Position numbers and translations under genes: made by a program
Notes under the pieces: model-generated
Told to the model about the DNA's origin: nothing
The model's input: only the letters and a program-made list of their open reading frames with translations
Database searches by the model: none
NCBI GenBank assembly: GCA_002633005.1
Contig: NMRA01000609.1
Location: forward strand, 48,977 to 112,976
Source: Phoronis australis
Lineage: Eukaryota; Animalia; Phoronida
Direction of reading: 5' to 3'
Length of the DNA: 64,000 nt
Shown: one piece after another, positions 51,301 to 63,300 of the stretch
How positions within the stretch are numbered: position 1 is the first letter of the stretch
Layout: each line of letters starts with the position of its first letter

Positions 51301-54300
51301 GAGTTTCCACGGAAAGTGAGTGTTAATATTTTACTTCCCGAGTGGATCAGAGAGTTGTGCTTCCAGTATTAGACATTTTGATGAAAGAAATATGCTCGTG
51401 TAACCAAAATGTAGTTCATGCCAAAACTTGAGTGTGCAGTCATGATGACAGCTCAAGTAGAATTGTCTGCCCTGAAGGCTGAGTGCTCCTCATATCCCCA
51501 TGAGAGATCACTGTTGGGCGACTTTTTGCTAAGGTTGCGACATCTGTTCGCAGCAGTGTAATCTAATTGCTATGCTGGAGGAGGCAGTGTGGCCTGGTTG
51601 ATAAGTGCCCGCTTTCTTTACTCGAGGTCGTGGGTTCAAGTCCCACCAGGTCACACTGCTAAACCCTTGAGCCAGGTTTCTAGCTCCTCAGCTCGGTTTT
51701 AACCATATATCAATAAAGCATAAAAATATTTCCAGGTGATCAGTGCAATGGGCCCACATGCGAGGCCTGCGCACGTCTGGTACAACGTGTATCAGACCGC
51801 CTGCAATTATTTTTTTTATATTTTTTTATAATTGCTATGCTCGAGAGCGACCAATTTTGATATCAATATGCTAAGGCGAATTTCGATTCTATTCTTAGGT
51901 CCAACTTTTGCCATTAGATGTTATACAAATTGATGGCCTTTTCGACCTTTTGAAGAGTGTTGAGATATTGAACAAATTGACAACTCGGGATCTGTCATTA
52001 GTTGGAATTTAACAAATGAATTTTGTTACTTAAATTGGTAAGAGTTGACTTAAAAGATGAATAAATTTGGCAAATACGGATCACATAAAAACAATCATCG
52101 ATTAACTGAATTCCCAAAAATGTGTATCGTAGTAATTAACTGTCACAATGGGGCATGCATTGTTTAATTCGATATTATTCTTGGTTTTTACTGAGAGTAT
52201 GTATTGCCTGCCACTTTGAAGATAATTGAATTTTGTCTCTAAGTAGTCCTGATCAAGATTTTGTGCTGCCTTTCTGTCACGTTGTTTCGCGTCTTTCCTC
52301 TTAGCTTACCATCAAGTTCAAAGATATCACTGCCATGACTAAGGAACGGACCGCCAGAGTCATACCCAATGCCATTCAGATCACGACCGGCTCGGACAAG
52401 TACTTCTTCACATCTTTTGGGTCTCGTGACAAGGCGTATCTGACAATGTTCCGTGTCTGGCAGAACTCACAGCTCGAGCAGGTATAGTCATTTTATTACC
52501 GATTTGTTTTTTTTTGGTTTTTACCGGGTTGTCCAAAAAGGCACCCTGTTTTGTAGTTTATCCCAATTTGGTCTCCTATAACGTTTTTCTATGTCTTCCT
52601 GGTGGTATGTACAGTAGGCTTGAGAGATTTGTTTGACACCAAAATGAATCAAATTGAGCTGTATACAAAAAGCTGCGACTAACAATGATTGAGGACCGTT
52701 CCTTCTCAAAATACAAGACAGTGCAGCTGAGATTTGGCAGGAACGATGCGCCTGATAGTTGGACAATAACTTTCAGTGGCCTTGCGGGAACAGCTTGAGG
52801 ATTCCCTGAGAAAATCAAACTGCCATTTGTCGCAAGAAGTTATCATTTTGAGGTCATTAATGATGAGGTTCCTCAAAATGCACTTCCAGCACTTTGAAGA
52901 CTAATTGTATTTTTGCGGAGTCAGATTAATTGCTACAAAACTGAATGGAATATCACTCAAAAGAGTAAAATTGACCGCGTGTGAAAAGGATATGGTCTAT
53001 TCTAACAATCCTACATGGGAAAGGTCTGACTGAAAGAGGTCGACCTCTGTGACTGTGACCCTCATTGGTATGATAAAATCTCACAAATTTCAGACAAAAA
53101 TTAGTTCCAGTAGCTCTTTTTTTTCATTTTTCAGAAGGCTTCTCATGGTGTTGTGAATGTCCACAATTTTTCAAAACGGTATCTGGTGATACTTAAGGTA
53201 CTAACAGGCCTTGAACGCGTAAACGTATTACTAGTTTATTGCTACACATCTTACATGAAAAAAGTCAGAAAAATCAGGTTTCGATTGTCCGCCATATTGT
53301 GTCTTGCACTAGTGAGGTTCGTAGGTACTTGCTAATTAAAACTGCCAGTCTCCTGAAAGTTGACCACCCAGCAATGAATTGTCCAACTATCAGACACCTT
53401 GTTACCAAAATCCTTTCTGCACTGTCTTTGTGTCAGAAATATAGACTCTGTGGACCTCGTTGTCTTTTGTCCTCATCTTGGTGTGCAGTCGTATTTGGTC
53501 CATATTGGAGCCAAGAGAATCTCACAGGCTTGCTGTCTGCGCCCCCTGAAAAATAGGAAGGAAAAGGTTGTAACACAGGAATTGCGGGTGAAATATGAAA
53601 ATAGTTTTTATGTTCAATGTTGGAAATCGAGATTGCCTAAATATTTTGTAACACAACGGTCTTGAAGGTGAGCCCGAGTAGATTTCTTGATGCATCTGAT
53701 ATTGTAATATGCTAATTTTAGGGTTTCTATAAATACGTAATCCAAGTAATATAAGAATTAGTTACCCTGTCTTCATACCATAATCAGATGTTTTCATCCT
53801 TTACAGTAATATTATTACTCTTCGAAAGAACTGGACTATTACCATCATTTTTGTGTCTTTAGTCTTTGCGCTAAGTTTTTCAATGAAGCGAATTAGTTTG
53901 AGCTGTCCTCCTCATGCTATCTGAAATATTGAATTCTTTGTCCGAGTTTTTATCGGATTAATATTTTATTGCATAAGTTTTCCATCGGATCACACTCTGT
54001 GGGTGGGTGGAGCGCGACCTTTACATAAAACGTCTAGCTTGAACATTTTCCCCATTGGGTACCATGAATTTTACTTTGTGTCATCGCTGTCATTTCTCAA
54101 ATGGAGCTTGAAGACCGCAAGAGATTTAAACATTCTTGTGGAAATCACTTAATGCTGTATAAAAATGGAAATTTGACAGAAAATGTGACGTCTAGACAAT
54201 TCACGGTGAAACACCATATTTTGTTTCAATAAAAGTTGTGTTTATGTCATCAAATCTGTTTAATTCATTACCAGTCCAAAGACTAAGTTTTCGTTGATTT

Positions 54301-57300
54301 TATTCGATTTGTAAATTTAATATTCATTTAATTTAATTTAACTTAATTTAATCTAATTTAATTTATTTGATTTGATTTATTACTATAAGAGGACCGTGCT
54401 GTGTATTAGCTTTTGGCTAAAGCATGTTTTAAATTGTATTATATTTTATCCTCTATAAATAAAGTTCATTATTATTGTCATTAATGTCAATACTGTGAAA
54501 TCTCACCAATTTAAGACGCAGTATGGTCGACAAGTACAATCTTATTTTTTCCATAAAAGATTTGTAGCACTGCAGGAATGGATTTCTTGTTCTTTTTCGG
54601 TACTTTGCCTGCCGTCTTTCAACAGCACTCAATTAAACGACCTGCAGGTCACCAATGCGACCTGCAGGTCACCAATGCGACCTCAGATTTTGTTTGGTGA
54701 CCTTGGAAAAATCCCAAGTCGTCACTGCGAGTGTCAAAGTCTGACGATAATTCTCCTGAAACTTGTTTGCCGACTTGGCAATGTTGCCAAGTCGCTAAAT
54801 GCAAGTTCGAGCGCCGTGGCAACGTTTTGAGAAATTGTGGGCATTCGCAACAATGTTAGAAATCTTTGTCAAATGAAAGAGGGCAATTTCATCAATTTTG
54901 TCAGATTAAGTTGGTGGCATTTTACCATGACTAGAATTTTGGATAGTTGTTTCAAGGTTATATGTTTGGAAACGGTCCCTAAAGGCACAGAATGCGCCAG
55001 TAACACAGTCACGGATTTTTCAATAGTTTTTACAAAAAATATAATGTTAAATAATTGAAGTTAGCCCAGAAAGCACCAGGCAGCATAATATATCTGGGAC
55101 AGAAACCATGTTTTTAGTTTAGAGAGCTTATGCACCAGTGGTACCACTAAGTTTATCTACTTATAGATTGGCCAGAAATGTGCTTTTTTTCTTAAAGCTG
55201 TATTATTTTTGAGGAGACAGTGCCACCTAGTGGGATAAGTGTCCACTTCATTTACTCAAGGTCATGGGTTCGAGTCCCACTAAGGAACAGTGCTAGACCC
55301 TCGAGTCAAATTTAGCTCCTCAGCTCAGTTTTAACGAAAAGAATAAAATTGGTTCCAGGTGATCAGTACAATGGTCCCACCTGAGTGCCCTGCGCACGTC
55401 TGCTACAACATATACCAGACTGCCTGAAGTTATTTTTTTAATGCCTTTGTTACTCCATACTGTTTGACACTGCTCATTTTGAGATTTCTTTCAAACAAAA
55501 ACAGATCTGTTGCAGTTTGGGAAGTAAGCCAAGGGAGCCACTTCCTGGATACACGGACCTGCATTTTGGGAGAACCACGTAACATTGTATTGCAAACTGT
55601 ATTATGAGGCCAAGCCTTACGTACAATAACTATTTCTGTTTCCGATTCCTATCAATTTTCTTCCTTTCATTCAGCCGCTGTCCTCCAATCAGCTGTGGTC
55701 ATTGATCCACGCTGCCTACGGCGAGGATTTGGGATTGACAGCCAGCGACGATGACTATACAGCGCCATCTCCAGAGAATGTGCGGAACCTACAGTATGAT
55801 CACTTCGACCGATCTATTATCAGAAAGGTAGGTCTCGGATCTTTACTCTGTGTGTGTGTGTTGATGCGTTTATGCGTGTTATTGTGTTTTTGTGGTTGGA
55901 GGGTCACAATAATTTCCTGTCAAATGTATTATTTTTAAAACAAAAATAACTCATTCTGGACGGAATTTTTTTTTTTTTTGGAAACGTGTTGTTTGTGTCC
56001 AAATATGATCTTGTTGACGGACACTTTGCTTGGATGTGTACTCTGTAACCTCGCAACAGCTGATAATTGTTGCCATGGATACGACTCAAGGATTAGTGTT
56101 TTCTGCCGGCAATCTTTGATGACACCATATTTTTGCTAAGAGCTGTCTCCTGTGGATTTTTAAGTTGAATAAGAGGATTACATGGTGAAAGCAAGTCTTT
56201 GAAAATATGACCAGCACATGTGCAGAATTTTGAGTATTTTACTATCTAGCACAGATGCAGCTGAATATAGTTATACAGAGGCGTTAAACTATTTCTGCCC
56301 TTATTGACTCCTTATCTCTTTTCGATACATGACCTCTCACAAGGCCATGAAAATGCCGGTTGGGCATTTGCATTAATGCGATCATAAAATATTGCTGGTG
56401 GATAGCTATGAAGTTTTCAAAGAATTTTGTATATTCGTGACTACTAAATAGTGAGAAAAGGCTCGCTCTTAAAGTGGCATCTGATCGTTTGGCCATGCCC
56501 AAACTAAATGATTCTGCAGTTAACAGATGAAGAAACGTAGGTTGAGCTGCTTCCTTTCACCTTTAGTGTCTCCCTCTGTAACTACAAAGTCCCGCCGTGG
56601 CACTTCACGAAATGTCACTGATAAACAAAACAACGCTTTCCTATTTTCACACATCGCTGGCATGAGTTGTGTCCCCTAGTGGTGATTTCAGTATTTAATT
56701 ATTGGTATGCACCTTTCTACCTACCAAACTGTTCGAGTTTCTATTGACGGAAATCTGGGCGACTTTGATTTCTGGATAGTACTGCTGTGCTCCCTAGTAG
56801 CAGTCTATATTTTGCATTTGTCTCAATAACTACCAAGTTTGAATAATGTGCATGGAATTTAACAGAACACATTTCATCCAGGAGCCAATAGCACTTAATT
56901 ATTTGCTCAGTTTTGGACGGTTCCTACTTGTGCTATGTTTAAGACCTGAATGCGTTTAGACAATCCTGAAATTGTCAATTCGAGAGTGGTGTATTTACGC
57001 ATTGCTTGTAACTTGAGTTGGAAACGGAACGGTGTCGCTATCACTCTAAGGAATATAATGAGACCGATTTTGTGAGAGTAAAAGGTCCATTAGATTTTTG
57101 TTTGCAACCAGCCAGGTGAAACACAACTCCTAAAAAACATGTATGTGCAATGTGTGGAGGTATGTGTTGCCGTGTTGAAACATAGGGAACAACTACTCTT
57201 ATTAGTCAGTTCAGTTTGGAATTTCCATCTCGTCATTGCAGTTCCAGCTAGTCTGGCTCTTGTGTGCAGTCGAAAAAAGGGTTAACTTAAATTAGCAAAA

Positions 57301-60300
57301 CTCCTGTCTTACTGTTAGCTCTATGTTTGTCAGTCTCTAGAAAGCAATTAACAAAATTTCAAGTGCAATTTCAAGGCACGTTTCGTGGGGAAAAACTCGA
57401 GTCTTTGCCACCTGTAGGGTCTCTGATTAAAACCACCCTCTTGTTATTCCTGGAAAGATTAACCATGATCCCTGTTCCATGCTGCCAAATCTGTCTTGTT
57501 TTAATTAAAGCTTTGCGCTGTTGATATTTATCTGTCTGTCGTGACGCAAGTTGACGCTCTAGTAGGGGGCGGAACACCACATCCTTTCTGTCTAATCCCG
57601 TCACGCCATAAAGGTCAGTCGCAGGGCAAGAGCGTATGTATATAAGGCTGAGGTTGTCTCAGTTCGTCCATTCGTTGCGGGCACTCTTTCACAATGCTTA
57701 TGACGATAAATCAACTGTTGCTGAGGCATTCGCCGCGTTTAAGACGGTGCAAAAAGTCGCGTCAGGTAAAATTCACTCTGGGTTGCTATTGGTCAATATT
57801 TTTCAATATAGTTTTTGTATTTTGCATATGGTAAAGAGTCCATGTTGTGGACAAAAATTGCTACAGCTTAAAATTTTGTCTAAGTAATGACATTGGTTGG
57901 AGACTGATCTTCTGTACAAACCCTGCAAGGAATGGTCATGTTACAGGGAAATTTTTCTCATTGAAATTTTCCGTTTCTGCCCCTTATTATCATGAATTGA
58001 TTGCATGATGCTGTTTTTGGTACATGTAGTCTGCTCTCACTCTGTGCTTTCTTGTTTTCAATCTTGTGATGAGAACTACTTTGGCGTAAGGGGAGTTTAG
58101 AGTTGTTCAAAATTTAATTGGTTTCACACCCAGTTAATTTAAAGTGAAATGACTCGAGTCGTTTCTCAATAATTTGGCATATTTCAGCCAATTTCTAAAA
58201 CAATTGAAATTTAATAGTGAGAGCTATTTATTCTTCATACTAGTGTGATGCTGTGAGTCCTTCAATGCTAACAACGTGTGCCTGGGGGCCTGAAATGCTT
58301 TTGCACTTACGTGTTTGATTCTGTCGTCATTGCTCAAGTCAAAGGTGGAATTAGGTGATTTGCGCTGATTATCAACTTGATCACTGTGTCGCAGTCATTC
58401 TCATTTAAGGAATTGCTATTTTTATTTCCTTGTTAGAATCGTGATTTTACGTATTAGGTAAACAGCGCTCCACACAGGCGAGAATACCTGCTCGAAAATA
58501 CGAGTGACGGCATAGTTGATACTCGTATTCCGGGATTTGGGCTTGTAAAACTGACACCTTAATAAAAATGCTGAACATGGGTTCGGTGTGTGTACAAGTG
58601 ACATGAATTTTTGCTTGTTTTCTTTTTCATGTGGTGAACACATCCACTAGCACAAGAAACTGTAGGAACACTGCATTTATCCACCTTCACTCTTATCAGG
58701 CTTCTATTGCGAGTCAGCATGCGTGAATAATTGGCTGATAAGCCACCTCTGGAACTACTTTTGGCTGAATGGATGACCAGGCCATAAAATGATAATTAGC
58801 CAAGACCAGTTACTAATGCAACAAAGAATAATGTCATAGCATCACCTAGCAGTGGTGGAAAGCTGTATACTGTATTGGCTCTAATAAAGGCTTAGAAAAA
58901 TTCATTTCACTGGGAGGGGATTCTTATTGCAGCCTACAGCAGTTGAAACCCGGTTTCTCAAACAGGTAAAATCGGAAGCTAGGATTCATCAAATTTACGC
59001 TCTGTGACGTATGTTTAGCCTGTGACAGTCTTTCTACAAAATTGTGGTGCATTGCTATGAACTTCCGTTGTTAAATTACGATAATTTTTCAAAAAATTGT
59101 TCTCATCACAGGGCGAAAACTTGCTGACTGATGCGTCGCTGAATCGCTATCGTCAATAGGAAAACTTGAACTCTTGAATAAAAATATAGTTTCGACTCAA
59201 CAAATTACCTGAAATCTTCCTTATGTTTTACAATTTTTAAAGTTCATGTGGAGTCCAGATTAATTGGAATTAAGTCCAAATCTGCGCTACACCGTACCCC
59301 ACAACACGAGAAAAATCTCTGGATGAACACACATGTTTTTGTCACGTGACGTTTGTTTTGAAGTTCGTCTGCGTATGAGAGTGAATGCCGGAGCGTGCGT
59401 GTGTGGGTCATCGACGATAGACTTTTTTGTTACAAAAGGCGGAGGATTATGCAAGAAAATGGCATTTACTAGATTGTTTTTTCATTTAAACGGCTGCAAC
59501 GTGCAAGGTGAGTGCTGGTTAACTCACATATTTTGTGTGCACAGGCCGACGGTCGTTAGCTCTACCGTGGAGTATTAATAGTCCAAGGCTCGATCTACAT
59601 GTTGGGGGCGAAGTGAACTACCCGGTCTGTGTGAAATTTCTGGGTCTAACGGAGACACTGACGCAGTGGTCAGCCAGCTCGCTGTATCAAGACTATAGTC
59701 AAAATCCAAATTTGTTTTATCGTGTCCCTGTCAATAATAACGGCACGCTAAAGTTTCTTAATTTTCGTACTTCAGGAACATAACAATCACGTGTTTTGTA
59801 CACATACGCGCACGCCGCAGATCACATCTCGGAAATTGCCGATTTGACGGATGACAATGAATGAGCATAATGAAATTAACAACGTCGTTTTACAGCTTGT
59901 AAGATTCATAATAAACGTATTTTGAATATTGCAATGCATGTGTTCCAAAATCTAAATAACTTGGGTCCTATATTTTTGTATTCGTGCGCGCCGATTGAAA
60001 GTAATCGTGAGTGTTGCTGTGTTGCAAAATCTCTTATCCTGGGCCGATTTGAAAAATTCAAAGTTGTACTCATATTTGTTTTTGCTCTTCTTTTCAAATA
60101 TTACAGTAAAAACTACTTAAAACTCTCTCCATAAAAAGTACAGTCTGCTAAGTAGATTGTAATCAGCTGATCATATCTGCATGATCGAAGCCAATTATCC
60201 TCGCTCGTGACTCGATGAATAGAGCAGCTTGGCGGCATCCCTTTGATCGTGAGCCGAGTGCGACTCAGCTAAGGTGGATAAATACGGTCCAGTTCAATTT

Positions 60301-63300
60301 TCCATACCCCACCGTTTACCTTGACCATTGGGGTTAGGACCAATCTTATTTAGTGGGAATGTTCATAGCATGTTCCTTTTTTCCTTTTCCATTATATTTT
60401 TAGCGTTTACTCACTGTGTCTTACCCTGGTAAAATATCCCTATTTTGCCAGACAGAAAAGTATGTCGGAAGTTTACTTTGAAGGTATACATTTGTGTGAG
60501 GAAACACTGGTTCAAGGACCTGTCTCCTTTTGGACACAATACATACTCAAATTTCCTTGTGCCCCTTGAGTTTTCATGTTATAATGTAAACAGATAGCTG
60601 TTCTCTCCTGTTGTTTGGAGTTCCCATATTCACAACATCTGTTGCACTATGAGCAGAGCCCAGTTCCTTCATCCAGGTCATTTGCCAACCTTTTGTGCTT
60701 GGTCTCAATAGGGACTTGTTCAGTGGCCATGGTCTTTTCTTCCACACAGAGCTGTTTATGCACTTATTGTATAGTGTTCTCTATTGGTAGCAGTTATGAG
60801 CTATACTGTTGTGGCTCATTGATAGCAATGAGTGCAGCCTTGGTTAACCAGTGCCTTGGTTTTCCTCTGGATTGATCAAGTCCACTGCAGTTGTTATGGG
60901 AATTTCATAGTTGTTCTGGCCTGAGTAAAACATGAGAGAAAGTGGAAATTCGATTGAATTACAGGAGGAGAATGAAAAGGCAGATGGGTCGTTTCTCGGC
61001 ACGAGTGACTTAAACGCCGTCAATGGAATGTCTGTAACCACTGCGAGCACTGATGACCTTGTGAATTCTTCTGTGGTCAATGGAGGGAGTCCTAGTCCTA
61101 CGGTGCCGACACAGAACTTGATTGTCGAGGATTTGGATAAAGAGAATGAGTTGGATACAGACTCTGGGGATACAACGGAGGACAGTGAAGGTGAGTGACA
61201 CTGAGGGGGCTGGTGAGTGGCAGGGGGCTGGTGAATGACAGGGGGCTGGTGGATAGTTGATGTGGCAGGGTTGCTATACAGTGTTCTCTACAACTTGTTT
61301 TGATTCGTCAGTGCGTGAGAGTTTCAATTCTGCTGTGATGAGTTTGCCTTACTTGTGTCGAGTTTGAAAACCAATTCAATGAGTTTGATGTATTAATTGG
61401 GAGATTACTAATTTCTGGAAGTAGGATTAGTTCATTTTAGACATTTGATACCAGTTCGATTTTTATTCCAAGACTCAGTATGGACGTGGACGTTCAAACA
61501 CGTACATGAATTTTGGGATTCTAATCAAACTTAATTTTCTGTTTTGAAGTATACTGCTGTTAAGGTTATTCTGTGACAGAAAAGGTGTCATTGTGCGACT
61601 AACTTCCAGTTCAGCGGAATCAATTGTACGAAAGTAACCATTTTCTATAGTGGTGACATAATGAAAGGGAACTGTTCTCTCTCAAGTTCGTAGAAAGTGA
61701 CCTACGCTCTAGGTATCAAAATTGGTGAATAATTCTTTGCAACCATCAAGCTTTCCAAATTTGATATTATTTTGAAGTGGAATAGTCAAACGATTCAAAA
61801 TGTCTGACGTCTGGAAATGTCGGTGAATGAACGGAATAATGTTTTGTTTCTTTCACCTTGGCATGCATTTCAACCCCAGAATTAAAAATTGGGTCAAGCA
61901 AAATATGCTTTTGTGCTTCACGATGCTGTTTTCTTTCTAGATGAACTTAGTTTGTAGGGCATTTCATGAAGTACCGAGTTACTCTTAACGTTGTATTCAG
62001 TTGCTTTTGGCTAAAAGCAGAAGATAATTTTTTTAATGTATTTTGGCATTTTGTGGGTGGTCGGATTGTGTATCTGTCCTATGGGCTTGTTTAGCATGAC
62101 AGCATTCATTTTGGACGTCGTAAAATAACATTAAATTGTTAAGATTAAAACAATAATAATCATTAGACCTGGTCTTTTTTTGACCTGGTCAATCTTAATC
62201 ATCTTAACTCCGTAGAAACATGCGATGGGTGCAACACTGTTATGGGAGCACGCCGATTAATCCAAACACATAATTTTGCAAAAATTCCAAATTGCCCCGG
62301 GCATGATTACCCGAATCGGAAAACAATCCAGGAACCGCAAAATTTTTTAATGCAATGGAACTGCATTTTCTATTTTTCTTATAGTAGGTCCAAATCACAT
62401 CATAATGGTGGCATGTACGTCATCACTAAACATGTGAATTACTGTGTATTTCAGGTGAGGTGGTCTGTAGTGGCCATGATCACGGTGGCGTACTCAACCT
62501 GGACAAAGAGTTTAACATTAACGTGGACGTTCTCTTCGACATGCTGTTTACCGACTCTGATTTCATGAAAGCCTTTTACAAGGAGCGCAAGACCACAGGT
62601 GAGATATTGTACTCTACTGACCCTTTCTGTGAATAATTACTGTACTCATTAACTTTGGAAGTTCCTGATCCTTTTCTGTCATTGTCATCAACAAGTTGCA
62701 GACTGTGAAGCGTATTTTAATTTTTTTTCAAATTAGACTTGGAATGGCTGATAAGTGAAATTTATGTTTTATCGTCTACAGCACCAAAATTAAATGCTTT
62801 TCCGTGTTCAGGTTTGTACAACAGCTACCATTGAACAAAGTTTTTAAAATTTGTTGGCATTCACTACAGCATTAGAAGCCCTTGGGATGTGGAAAAGTTC
62901 AGTTTTGGGGGTTATTTTTGTTCAAAATTGGTGTGATTTTACCAAACTTTGTTTTCACAAGAGCATTCTGCTTGATGACCATGGCAAAGCAGTGCAAATT
63001 TTGCAAAAATAAATTTATTACTGGAAAATTCTTTATATCTGTCTAATTGGTGTTCACCAGTAGTTAAGTTGTACCCATGCGTGCTGTATTGTCTACTGGT
63101 TGTAATATTCAAATTTTTGAAGAAATTTACGATCTTCCTCATTTTCTGTGGTGTTCACCAGTTAGAAGGTAGTTAAGTTGTTCCCATGCGTGCTGTATTG
63201 TCTACTGGTTGTAATATTCAAATTTTTGAAGAAATTTACGATCTTCCTCATTTACTGTAAGTTGCTCTTTCCTGGAACACAGGATAATAATCCTTAGTTC

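Larger units (their letters stand above)
48605..52130. repeat. About 1.76-kb tandem duplication joined at a single N (50364)
   Basis: 48605-50363 versus 50365-52130 near-identical. Confidence 0.95.
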
